Below, one piece after another: positions 51,984-62,410 of a stretch of DNA of 64,000 bases. The notes beneath the pieces are model-generated. The model saw nothing but the letters and a program-made list of their open reading frames with translations, was not told where the DNA came from and made no database searches. Within the stretch, counting starts at the first letter, position 1. Each line of letters begins with the position of its first letter. The stretch spans positions 125,838 through 189,837 of the forward strand of contig CAVYSY010000054.1 of assembly GCA_963771175.1 (NCBI GenBank), in the 5' to 3' direction. The translations under genes and the position numbers were made by a program. This stretch comes from an uncultured delta proteobacterium. GTDB taxonomy: Bacteria > Myxococcota > Myxococcia > Myxococcales > Myxococcaceae.

Positions 51984-52797
51984 ATGGCGGACGCGAAGCG
52001 CGGGGAGGACGGGAGGCTGGGACCGTATCGGCTCGGCAGGCGGCACGGGAGCAAGAACCCGGAGCTGGAGGAGCTGGGTCGGCTCTACGAGGCGCACAAC
52101 GTGCACACGGACGCGTCGGCGCTGGTGCTGGTGCCGGCCCCGGGCGTGTGCGAGGAGCCCGAGGAGGACTGGAAGGTGCGCGTCACGGCCCAGGCCCGGC
52201 CTCCCTGCGTGGCGGTGGAGGTGGAGCAGGCGCCGGCCTCGGGAGAGCTGGCGGGGCTGGCGGGGCTGTTCGAGGTGCTCACCCGCATGATGGAGCGGAT
52301 GGAGTGGAGCGACGAAGCGCGCCGTCACCTGACGCGCGAGCCGGAGGGGAGGCTGAAGCGGTGGGCCGCGGGCGCGCGCCGGGTGCTGGGGTGGGGGGCG
52401 CAGTACGGAATCGAGCTGAGCGTCGCGGTCCTGATACTGCTGTTGGTAGGGGCGCACCTGCTGGCCTACATCGAGAGCCAGCGGGGCGAGCAGTACGAGG
52501 CCGCCGGGGTGGCCGTGCAGGCCGAGGAGGAGGGCCGTGCGCCTACGATGGTGGACACGGGACGACATGGGTCCGGCGGTCATCGCCTATCCCCTGCCAG
52601 CAAAGCCTTTCAGCGATCAGGCGAAGGCGCCGTGCAAGTCCAACCTGCACGAGGTGGAGTTCGACGGCGGCTGCTGGTTGGAACTCGCAGTGCGTCCGCC
52701 GTGCGGGGAGAACTACGCCGAGTATCAAGGCAAGTGCTACGTGCCGGTCTCGGCGCGCTCGCGGAAGCCGCGTGAGCCGCAGTCCATCCACCCGTGA
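51984..52797 (+). CDS. Myxobacterial membrane protein with kinase-associated Cys-rich C-terminal domain (frameshift near 52560)
   Basis: GRLGPYRLG...LGRLYEAHNVHT N-terminus, one TM, PLPAKPF..Q.KAPC...GGCW...PPC...YQGKCYVPV tail. Confidence 0.7.
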
Positions 52798-52868
52798 GTC
52801 AGGCGGCAACCGGGCCGCTGAACTTTCGATGTAGGCCCTCGGCGGTTTCACCGCGATGGAGTGCACTG

Positions 52869-53329
52869 ATGCTTCACCACGAGAATGAACCCATTGCGCT
52901 TCCCCCCGAGAAGCTCCCGCTCGCCCAGCGCATCCACCGGCAGGTCGAGGCGGCGGCCGATGTCCGGGACGCCAGGCGCCAAGCGCCCCTTCTCGTCCTG
53001 CCGAACGGCGGCCAGGTGGAGTTGCCGGAAGAGGTGACCGCGCTGCTGCGAGACCTCTTCGAGGCCCTTGCTGATGGCGAGGCTGTCAGCATCGTGCCTC
53101 TACACCGAGAGCTCAGCACGCAGGAGGCAGCCGACCTGCTCAACATTCGCGCCAGGGCCTCGTCAACTTGCTCGAGGCCGGGAAGCTGCCCTTCCACGAG
53201 CACAACAAGCATCGGCGCATTCGTGCCGCGGATCTGCTTCGCTATAAGCGGCAGCGAGACGAGGAGCGTGCAGAGGCACTGCGCGCGCTCACTCAGCTCA
53301 GCGAAGAGGCCGGCGACTACTTCGGCTAA
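52869..53329 (+). pseudogene. Excisionase-type HTH antitoxin (frameshift near 53150)
   Basis: ELSTQEAADLLN then LVNLLEAGKLPF...HRRIRAADLLRYK...ALTQLSEE...FG* in the next frame. Confidence 0.78.
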
Positions 53330-53450
53330 GCCCTCCGAAGTAAGTCCGTGCAGGAGGCGGCCGCCGGACGCGCGCTCGCGCAAGTGGTCCGATGGTCGGA
53401 CCATCTCGTGACGAGTGCGGCCGGGAGGCCGGCAGGTCCCGGCGGACAGA

Positions 53451-53525
53451 GGACCCTCCGGGCTCGGTCTGGAGAAACCTGTCCGACTGTCGGACAGGTT
53501 TTGGAAAAGCGCAGCCGGGAGGCCG
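53451..53525. repeat. Palindromic dispersed repeat, copy 1
   Basis: Core AAACCTGTCCGAC-T-GTCGGACAGGTTT (53475-53501); ~75 bp similar to the reverse complement of 62281-62355. Confidence 0.9.
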
Positions 53526-53569
53526 ACGTTTCTCGAGGGTCGTGCTGGCCTGCGCGCGGGGCGGAGACG

Positions 53570-53764
53570 CTGGTGCTGTTCGTCGTCGACCTTTCGCCAC
53601 GCAAGATGCTCGAGGTGCTCCGCAAGCAGGCCGCTGACAAGAAGAATCCGCCGCTCACGCTCGAGCAGCTTCTCGACGGCCTTGCCTGGTCGGTACCCGG
53701 CTTCATCAAGGACGTTCGCGACTACCTCACCCTGCTCGACGCGAAGCCTGGCGCCAGCGCCTGA
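53570..53764 (+). pseudogene. C-terminal remnant of a PIN-domain toxin
   Basis: DLSP..MLEVLRKQAADKKNPPLTLEQLLDGL...VPGF resembles tails of PIN toxins paired with excisionase-HTH antitoxins; catalytic N-terminus missing. Confidence 0.6.
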
Positions 53765-54035
53765 AACCTCCGGCCCATCATTCCTCGATGGCTTTCCCTC
53801 AAGAGGGCGTATCCGTCGGGCGCCGGGTGGCCAACCGCTCGGCCCACTCGCTCTCCAGAGCCCTATCGGCACCGGCGGTGAGGGGCGCCGCAGGGCGAGA
53901 CGCCGTGCGGTACACGGCTGCTGCAGTGGCTTCGACCAGCAGGGGCGCCACGATGAACAACCAGAGCTGGCTCAATCCATGGCCAACCTCACCCGGCATG
54001 GCGGTTTCCCGCTCGTCGCCCACCCGCTTGTCGAA

Positions 54036-54665
<630 letters not shown>

Positions 54666-55241
54666 ACAAGCAGTATCGAGGTGACCTCAAGAGTTGGCAA
54701 GCGCGGCCCAGCATGAAAGGTTGTCTACTGGCGGCGCCCGAGTTCGGCGAGCAGGGAGGCCTCCGCTCACCTCCTGCGTCGAGGCCTCTCAATACCTGGA
54801 GGCGGCGCCATTCGGCATGGTTCTCCAACCCGCTGGAGGAGCCGTCCGAGGTGCGACTCCCCCATGAGCTCATCTGCCCGAGGCCTACCGTAAGTCTTAC
54901 CGACTCCAGGGCCGAAGCTGCCCACTGTTGCTCGCTAAAGCCTTGAAATGACGCGCGGTCCTCCTGGGGTCATTGCTGGCACGCGGGATGCTCTCTCCCT
55001 GTCTCGTGAAGGCGGCAGGGCAGGACGGGCGGAACGGTGAAGGGCGGTGGGTGGGTCGGGGTTGGGTAGGGCAAGGCTGCACGGGGTAGTGGGTCTTCGG
55101 GGCGGTGGGGGGTTGGGGGGTGGCACGTCGGGGAGGGGCCGTGGGGGCGGCTCCTCCCCGATGTCTTTTCGAGTTCCGATCTCATCGGAGCGCTGGAGCC
55201 CGGTAACCTGCGCCCACCTCGTTCCCGCCGGGTCCGCCCCC

Positions 55242-56018
55242 ATGCTCCAGCACCTGCTCCGCCTCTCCAGGCACTCACCCCCGGTCGAGATGGAGACCGT
55301 TCGGAGGGAGCAGCTCTCGGAGACGCTCATCCGGGAACTGCACGCGGTCGCCAACGCCTTGATGGCCGAGGACCTGGAGCACTTCCACGTGCATGCGCAG
55401 GCCAATGACCTCGTCCACGTCTTCCGCCGCACGGACACGCGGAGCATCGTCGGCTTCCAGTTCTGGAGGACGGCGTCCATCGGGGTGCCCGGGGGCCGCG
55501 TCATTCTCGGAGGCAAGCTGCGAATCCTTCCCGAGTTCCGGAATCGAGGCCTGCACCTGCTCTCCGGCCTGACGTTCTTCCTCCAGGACAAGCTGCGGCA
55601 TCCGCGGAGCCGGCACTACCGCCTGTCCATCGCCAGCCTGTTCGGCTTCGTGTCCATCACCGAGGCCCTGGCCCGCTATCACCTCTTCGAGCCCCAGCAG
55701 CGCACCGGGGAACTGGGTGCCCTCCGCGAGGCCTTCCTCGCCCTGGCCGAGGAGAGCCACTTCCGTGTCGACGAGGAGCGCGGCCTCTTCTTCGTCGACA
55801 TCTTCATGAAGCCCGAGACGCTGGGTCGCTACTCGCCCGACTATTTCGACAGACCCGCGGCCAGGGCCTACGCCGCGGTCAATCCGGAGTTCCGGAGCAA
55901 CGGCAGCTACGTCGGCTTCTGGTTCCGCTTCACTCCCGACAACCTGGCGTCGTTGGCGAGCGCCACCCTGCGCAAGCTGCTGCGGAGCCCGGGCGCCGGT
56001 GCGCGGACCGAGCGCTGA
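55242..56018 (+). CDS. Hypothetical protein, possibly GNAT-fold
   Basis: Good codon bias; IVGF and ILPEFRNRGL resemble a GNAT acetyl-CoA-binding motif. Confidence 0.65.
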   Translation: MLQHLLRLSRHSPPVEMETVRREQLSETLIRELHAVANALMAEDLEHFHVHAQANDLVHVFRRTDTRSIVGFQFWRTASIGVPGGRVILGGKLRILPEFRNRGLHLLSGLTFFLQDKLRHPRSRHYRLSIASLFGFVSITEALARYHLFEPQQRTGELGALREAFLALAEESHFRVDEERGLFFVDIFMKPETLGRYSPDYFDRPAARAYAAVNPEFRSNGSYVGFWFRFTPDNLASLASATLRKLLRSPGAGARTER

Positions 56019-56027
56019 GGGTCATCG

Positions 56028-56801
56028 TCAGGGCGCGGAGGACATGGACGCCGAGGCCTTCGCGGCGGTGCCGGCGGGCACCATGTTCGAGTAGCGCGCC
56101 GTAATCCGCAGGTACTTCTTGTAGAAGAGGAAGCCGCCCTCGGCGTCGACGTGGAGGGTGTCGAGCACCTGTCCCACGCCGGGCCAGGCGCGGAAGTCCA
56201 TGCGCACGTCCACGCGGTCCGCCATGTTGGGCAGCTCCGAGGGGCTGTAGCTCAGGCGGATGAGCTGGCCGGTGCTCGGGTCCACGAGCGCCTCGCCCTT
56301 GTGGAGCGAGGGGGACTTGTCGTCGGAGCGGGGCTCGAAGCGCAGGCGCATTCGGTTGGGCTCCTTGGGGTCCGGGCCCGCCAGTGAGAAACGGTGCTGC
56401 GTGAGGTACGAGGCGGCGAAGGGCAGGTTCACCGAGTTGAACTCCGTGCGCACCTGTCCCTTGCGCTGGCGCTCCTCGAGGTCCTTGCGCATGGCCTCGG
56501 TGGTGTCCTGGCCGTCCTTGCGCGCCTGGAGCAGCTCGCGGTGCTGCTGGCCATCCTTCACCGTGACTTTGTCCACCCGCTCCTGGGTGTGCTTCACGTT
56601 GCCGTCCCCGTCGAGCTCCTCCATGCGCAGGGTGATGGTCACCTCGGACACCTTGCCGGTGAAGAGGTCCTCCATGCCCCACGTCGTCTCACCCAGGCGC
56701 CGGGCGAGCGTGTCCGCATCCACGGCGGAGGTGGACCTCCCCTGTGCCTGAACAGGTAGGGAAAAGAGCAGGAGACTCACCAGGGTGAGCGCGCGAGACA
56801 T
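56028..56801 (-). CDS. Secreted hypothetical protein
   Basis: Signal peptide MSRALTLVSLLLFSLPVQA; beta-rich body; RBS GGAG. Confidence 0.72.
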   Translation of the reverse strand: MSRALTLVSLLLFSLPVQAQGRSTSAVDADTLARRLGETTWGMEDLFTGKVSEVTITLRMEELDGDGNVKHTQERVDKVTVKDGQQHRELLQARKDGQDTTEAMRKDLEERQRKGQVRTEFNSVNLPFAASYLTQHRFSLAGPDPKEPNRMRLRFEPRSDDKSPSLHKGEALVDPSTGQLIRLSYSPSELPNMADRVDVRMDFRAWPGVGQVLDTLHVDAEGGFLFYKKYLRITARYSNMVPAGTAAKASASMSSAP

Positions 56802-57022
56802 GGATGGCTCCTGGACGAGGCCGTGGGCGCGGCGCGGGCGCGCAAGATGCACCATGCCGCGCGCGAGCGAAAGGGTGCAGTTCAAACGAGTTGCCCTCCA
56901 CTTCACCAGGGTGGGGGTCGAGCCCCTGTCCGTCCGGTCCCAGTCGGTCCGGGCGCCTCCCATGTTCCTACATCCCGGGAGAGCGCCTTCTCTCACCTCC
57001 CCATGCACACGCGGTGCTGTGC

Positions 57023-57484
57023 CTACGTGGGGAAGCCAGCCGCGTCCTCCGGGGAGGTGTACTGGGGAGGCGGCAGCTGGACGCCCCGGCGCTTCCAGGC
57101 ACGCGCGGCGGCGAGGCACCAGCCGGTGACGAGCACGCCCTCGGCCACGGCATCCAGCAGGTACACGGGAGAAATGCGCTGGGGCGAGTAGATGACGTCC
57201 GCCGCCGCGAGCGAGGCGGCGCTGCCAGCGGCCAGCAACATGACCTCGGGACTGGGGCGGCGGCGCAGGCCGGCGGTCAGCAGCGTGCCGCCGATGACGG
57301 CGATGAGCGCGCCGACCGTCTTCACCAGCCAGCCCTCTGGCTTGGGGCCCGTCACCGCCTCGAAGCTGCGCAGGTGGACGAGGGGCCACACCCCGGTGCC
57401 CATGTAGAAGACGCCCTGGGCCACGGCCAGGCCGGAGGCCAGGGGGTCGGCTCGCTCCGACTTCAGCTCCTCGATTGCCTCCAT
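57023..57484 (-). CDS. Small membrane protein
   Basis: Four hydrophobic segments; TGVWPLVHLRSFEAVTGPK..WLVKTVG...ISPVYLLDA; GGAGG RBS. Confidence 0.72.
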   Translation of the reverse strand: MEAIEELKSERADPLASGLAVAQGVFYMGTGVWPLVHLRSFEAVTGPKPEGWLVKTVGALIAVIGGTLLTAGLRRRPSPEVMLLAAGSAASLAAADVIYSPQRISPVYLLDAVAEGVLVTGWCLAAARAWKRRGVQLPPPQYTSPEDAAGFPT

Positions 57485-57593
57485 GTGCTCCTCCGGTGAT
57501 TCCTGGAGGAACAAGATGGGGACGCCCACTGGGAATGGCTTGCCTGCCTGCTCTCCATTCGGGTCGACTGCCTTCCCACACGAGGAGGGGGAT

Positions 57594-58535
57594 ATGCGTA
57601 CGAATCCGAAGGGACGGAGTGGGGCCGTGGGTCTCGCGGGAGTGGTCGTCGCCTGGCTGGGCTGCGGGATGGTCACCGGCTGCGCGGGCACCCGGGGCGC
57701 ACAGCCGGTCGCGAGCGAGGAGACCCGCGCCGCCGTCGCGAACGCGCCCGTGACGATTTCACTCCAGCCCTACCGGACGCGGCTGCGCACCGTCACCGTG
57801 AAGGTCGGCGCGGAGACGGGGACCTTCATGCTGGACACGGCGGGCGGGCTCTCGCTGTTCACGCCGACGTTCGCCAAGAAGGTGGGGTGTGAGCCGTGGG
57901 GGCGCATCACCGGCTTCCACATGATGGGCGACCGGCTCGATTCGCCGCAGTGCAATGACGTGCGCCTCGAGGTGGCGGGCCTCTCGCTGCAAGCGCCGGT
58001 GGTCGCGGTGCTCGACATCATGTCGTTCTTCCCCAAGGACGCCGAGCCACTCGACGGCGTGCTCGCCCTGGATGCCTTCGCGGGGCAGGTGCTCACGTTG
58101 GACGTCGGCAACAACCAGGTGATTGTCGAGACCCCGGAGAGTCTGGCCGAGCGCACCCGGACGATGCGCGAGGGGCAGGCCCGGATTGCCCGGGAGGTGC
58201 AGGGGGCGGCCCTGAGCGTCTTCACGGCGGCACGCACGCCGAAGGGGCTCGCGTGGTTCGAGCTCGACTCGGGCAACGGTGGGACGTTCCTGATGTCCCG
58301 GCACGTCGCCCCGACGTTGGGGTTGGACCCGAAGGTGGAGCAGACCCAGCCCGCGCGCTTCGAGCTGGTGGGCGGGGTGCCCGTCGAGGGCGACTTCCAT
58401 GTGCCGGAGATGATCATCGACGGGAACCTGGGGATGCCGTTCCTGTCGAAGTGGCTCGTCACGCTGGACCTGGCGCGTGCGCGCGTATGGTTCCAGCCCG
58501 GCGGCACGGCCGGGGCCGCTCCCTCCGCTCGATAG
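57594..58535 (+). CDS. Two-domain retropepsin-like aspartyl protease lipoprotein
   Basis: Lipobox VTGC; FMLDTAG...DGVLA and ELDSGN...DGNLGMPFL; strong RBS. Confidence 0.8.
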   Translation: MRTNPKGRSGAVGLAGVVVAWLGCGMVTGCAGTRGAQPVASEETRAAVANAPVTISLQPYRTRLRTVTVKVGAETGTFMLDTAGGLSLFTPTFAKKVGCEPWGRITGFHMMGDRLDSPQCNDVRLEVAGLSLQAPVVAVLDIMSFFPKDAEPLDGVLALDAFAGQVLTLDVGNNQVIVETPESLAERTRTMREGQARIAREVQGAALSVFTAARTPKGLAWFELDSGNGGTFLMSRHVAPTLGLDPKVEQTQPARFELVGGVPVEGDFHVPEMIIDGNLGMPFLSKWLVTLDLARARVWFQPGGTAGAAPSAR

Positions 58536-58630
58536 GGGGCAGGAGCAGCAGCCGGGCCTCCCGGCTCGGTGTCTGCCGAGGGAGAGGCGTCCCTACATTG
58601 ACCATGAATTCTCATGGCAGGGGACGAGTC

Positions 58631-59791
58631 ATGCATTTCTCCAGACGGCATCGGCACTCCATCCAGTGCATTCTCCCTCCGTACCTGCTCCGGGCGATTG
58701 CGACGAACGGCTCGCCCGCCCAGCGTGCGAGGGCCTTGCAGACGCTGGCCATCGACAACACCTTCCGGGCCCTGAGGCTCTCGGCGGGCAGCATGTTCCC
58801 CAAGACCGCCACCCGGGGGCCGGCCATGATGATGGCCGAGTCGCAGCGGCAGCGGATCATCTACGACATGAAGAACCAGGAGACCTTGCCTGGGACGGTG
58901 GTGCGGACCGAGGGGATGGAGGAGCCCACGGGTGACGCCGCGGTCGACGAGGCCTATGTCGGCCTGGGAGCGACCTATGACTTCTATCTGGACGTCCTCG
59001 GGCGCAACTCCATTGATGGCAGCGGAATGCCGCTCCATGCGCATGTCCATTACGGGCAGGGCTACAACAACGCCTTCTGGGACGGGCAGCGCATGGTGTT
59101 CGGCGACGGGGATGGCGATCTCTTCAACCGCTTCACCATCGACCAGGTCGTCATCGGGCACGAGCTCACGCACGGGGTGACCGAGCTGGAGGGCCCGCTG
59201 TGGTACTTCCGTCAGGCGGGTGCGCTCAACGAGTCGCTCTCCGACGTCTTCGGCTCCCTGGTGAAGCAGAAGTTCCTGGGGCAGACGGCGGACGAGGCGG
59301 ACTGGCTCGTCGGCGCGGGACTCTTCACCGCCAATGTCCAGGGCAAGGCGCTGCGCTCCATGAAGGAGCCGGGCACGGCCTTCGATGATCCCGTGCTGGG
59401 GAAGGACCCCCAACCCGGGCACATGCGCGGCTACGTCAGGACCTGGGAGGACAACGGGGGCGTGCACATCAACTCCGGCATCCCCAATCGGGCCTTCTAC
59501 CTGGTGGCCACGCGCCTCGGGGGTTATGCGTGGGAGAAGGCGGGCCGCATCTGGTACGAGGCGCTTCGAGAGCCGAGGCTCAAGCCCGACACCAACTTCC
59601 TCGAGTTCGCGCGCATCACCGTGATGGCCGCCAACCGCCTCTACGGCGCGGGAGGCAAGGAGGAGTCCATCGTCCAGGACGCCTGGGGAGAGGTGGGCCT
59701 CAAGGTCTCTCGGGAGAAGGTCGCCGAGCAGGTCTGGGCCCCCGTCGCCGGCCAACCGGCACCGGAAGCGGGCCGCAGGCCCAGGGCGTGA
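58631..59791 (+). CDS. Protealysin-like M4 metalloprotease
   Basis: Short propeptide CILPPYLL, NNAFW, HELTH, GALNES, GGVHINSG; no signal peptide. Confidence 0.93.
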   Translation: MHFSRRHRHSIQCILPPYLLRAIATNGSPAQRARALQTLAIDNTFRALRLSAGSMFPKTATRGPAMMMAESQRQRIIYDMKNQETLPGTVVRTEGMEEPTGDAAVDEAYVGLGATYDFYLDVLGRNSIDGSGMPLHAHVHYGQGYNNAFWDGQRMVFGDGDGDLFNRFTIDQVVIGHELTHGVTELEGPLWYFRQAGALNESLSDVFGSLVKQKFLGQTADEADWLVGAGLFTANVQGKALRSMKEPGTAFDDPVLGKDPQPGHMRGYVRTWEDNGGVHINSGIPNRAFYLVATRLGGYAWEKAGRIWYEALREPRLKPDTNFLEFARITVMAANRLYGAGGKEESIVQDAWGEVGLKVSREKVAEQVWAPVAGQPAPEAGRRPRA

Positions 59792-59795
59792 AGCG

Positions 59796-60128
59796 ATGCG
59801 CATCGAGCTCAAACGAGAGGGCGGCCTCGCGTTCTTCCCGGGCCTCGCCAGGCCCCGGACGGTGGAGCTGCAAGCCCTCCCCGCGGAGCAGGCGGAGGCG
59901 CTCGAGCGGAGTGTGCAAGAGGCCCATTTCTTCGAGCAGCCTCCAGTCGTGGGGGCCGCTTCCGCGGGAGGTGCGGATCGTACCCGCTACCTCGTCACGG
60001 TCGAGGAGGGCGAGCGGAAGCACTCGGTCCTGCTCACCGAGCCCGTGGAGGATCCCCATCTGCGCTCCCTCCTGGGGCTCCTGAAGCAGGTGGAGCTGGA
60101 GCAGCGCCGCGCGGGACGCAGCGCCTAG
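59796..60128 (+). CDS. Emfourin-type M4 protease inhibitor
   Basis: MRIELKREGGLAFFPGL...GADR..Y.VTVE; 4 bp downstream of the protease gene. Confidence 0.88.
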   Translation: MRIELKREGGLAFFPGLARPRTVELQALPAEQAEALERSVQEAHFFEQPPVVGAASAGGADRTRYLVTVEEGERKHSVLLTEPVEDPHLRSLLGLLKQVELEQRRAGRSA

Positions 60129-60148
60129 CGGGATGGGGGTCCAGGCTC

Positions 60149-61989
60149 CTAGGGCCTGGCCAGCACCTGGAGGGGGTTGGCGGCGTCGAGCTGGACGTCG
60201 TCGAGGAGGCGGAGCGCGAGGATGTGAGACCCCGCGAGCCGTCCGGCCACCACGGGAAGCACCGTATCGCCGTAGACGAGGTAGTTGGCGCCCGCGAAGA
60301 AGCGGGGCTGGTCCGCCGCGTCGGTGGTCACATACACGCGCGCCGGGGCGCCGGCCGGGAGCTGGTCCACGGCGGACTGATGGGTCATGAGGAATACGCC
60401 CAGCTCCCCCGCGCCCTCGGGCCGGCCCGGCTTCACCGCGGCGAGCGGCATCCCCACGAGGCTCCCGTCCGGCTGGGCGAGGAAGAGCTGCTTGTAGAGC
60501 GAGGAGTCCGCGAGGTCCGGGAACACCTGCAGGTCCGGCTTCGGCAGGCCGGGGCGCTGGCCGAAGAGGTGGACCGAGGTCACCCAGCGGGTGGAGAAAT
60601 TCGTCCGCTCGCACTCCCCCTCGCGGACGCTCTCGCCCACCGTCTCGGCAGAGACGCCCGTGTCGTCCACGGCGTAGAGGCGGACGACGGTCCGGCACTT
60701 GTCCCGCCCGGCGGCCTGCTTGAACTCGAGCGGCGAGAGCACCCACACGCCTCCGCCCCGCTTGGGGTGGATGGCAATCGCTCCCGCCGACGACACGGTC
60801 GGCATCCAGTCCTGACTCTCGTAGAGCGAGGCGAGCGGCAGGAGGCCACGGCGGCTCCAGGTGCTCGCGGCCCCGTCGGCCTGCCGCTCGGCCACCACGA
60901 GGCCCCCGAAGGCCCGGTAGGCGACGTAGAGCCGGCCCCGCTCGTCGACGGTGATGGAGCCGGGGTCGTCGACCTCCTCGCCCGGCGCCGTCACGGGCTC
61001 ATGGCCGAAGTCGGTGCCCGTCCAGGAGGAGAGCCAGAGCGCGCTGTTCATCTCGAAGGTGAAGAACGGATAGCCGCGGGAGTCGACGGTGAGCAGGTAG
61101 TCGCCTCGCACCGCGCCGGAGATGTGGCTGACCCTGGGGCGGAGCGCGAGGCCAGACGTCTGGGGCGCGGCGGGTCGCAGCGTCCCGGCGGTGGGCGGAC
61201 CCAGGGGATGGTCATCCACGCGCACCTCCACCACGCGCAGCACGTCCCCCACGCGGACCTGCACCTTCGCCGTGCCCTGGGCCTGCGCGGAGAGGGTGAG
61301 CCCGTCGCCCTCCACGCGGACGATGTCCGGATTGAGCGACGTCAGCGTCGCCTGGAGATGGGATGGCTTGCCGACGATGCGGTTGGACTCGGCGACGGGT
61401 CCCGGGAACACCGCGAGGGGCCGTCTCTCTCCGAGGCCGAGGCGCACCTCGGCGGGAGGCAGCGCGACGTCGACGGGCGTGTTTCCGTAGAACACCACCG
61501 GGAAGGGCCCGAGCGTATTGGGCTCTCCCGTCGCGATGCCGCTCGTCGGGTCCACCGACTGGACGCGGCAGCCAATCCCGGGGATGTACGCATACGTGGA
61601 GGAGCGCAGCCGCAGCCGCTCGCGTCCGGGCTCGGGCGTCTCGCGGATCGCCTGGACGTTCGCCATGCCATCGAACGGACCGCCCCACGCGAACTGGTAG
61701 TCCTTCGCGAGCGAGCCGTCGGCGAGGCGCAGCTCCACTTCGAGCACGAACTCCTGGTCGACAGGCACCCGGCTCCACTCGTAGGGCGTGGTGGGCGCGG
61801 AGACGGGGACGATGCGGGCAGCTCGGAGATGGGCGGGTTCTCCGAGTCGAAGAGGTCGTTCAAGCCACAGGCGGTGGCTCCCACGCCCGCCACCAGGAGC
61901 AGCGCGAGCGTGAGGGCCGCGCGTGCCGCCGCGTGCCGCGGAGGCTGGGCCTGGAGGAGAGGGAGGGCGCGGGGGTGAAGTCGTTTCAT
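60149..61989 (-). CDS. Lipoprotein with Ig-like domain (frameshift near 61780)
   Basis: Leader MKRLHP...ATAC lipobox in one frame joins the 539-aa ORF; SLNPDIVRV.GDG.....QGTAKVQV is Big_2-like. Confidence 0.65.
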
Positions 61990-62071
61990 GGAGGGGCGCG
62001 GGTCGTGAAGGGCGTGTGGTGTTTCGTCGAGTATTCGACGCGTGTGCGGCCCTTCACAACATGAAGCTCGC

Positions 62072-62277
62072 CCCCGGAGAGTCTGGCCGAGCGCACCCGG
62101 ACGATGCGCGAGGGGCAGGCGCGGCTCGGCCGGGAGGTGCATGTGCCGGAGATGAGCATCGACGGGAACCTGGGGATGCCGTTCCTGTCGAAGTGGCTCG
62201 TCATGCTGGACCTGGCGCGCTCGCGCGTGTGGTTCCAGCCCGGCGGCACGGGCGGGGATGCTCCCTCCACCCGATGA
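62072..62277 (+). pseudogene. Partial, internally deleted duplicate of the aspartyl protease 3' end
   Basis: Near-identical to 58132-58201 joined to 58400-58535. Confidence 0.88.
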
Positions 62278-62280
62278 CCG

Positions 62281-62355
62281 CGACCTCCCGGCCGCGCTTT
62301 TGAAAAACCTGTCCGACAGTCGGACAGGTTTCTTCGGAACGAGCCCGGAGGGTCC
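62281..62355. repeat. Palindromic dispersed repeat, copy 2 (inverted relative to copy 1)
   Basis: Core AAACCTGTCCGAC-A-GTCGGACAGGTTT (62305-62331). Confidence 0.9.
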
Positions 62356-62410
62356 CCCGGGCGGGGTGTCAGATGCGGCTTTCAATGCAAAACCGGATAG
62401 AGTCGAATTC

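Noticed and set aside
53475..53501. CRISPR repeat
   Set aside because: Only two copies 8.8 kb apart and inverted; no spacers or cas genes
58132..62277. Diversity-generating retroelement TR/VR pair (repeat of a gene 3' end with an RT in the window)
   Set aside because: Differences are not adenine-specific, the copy has a large deletion, and the RT is a retron enzyme (NAxxH, YADD, VTG) with its own msr-msd
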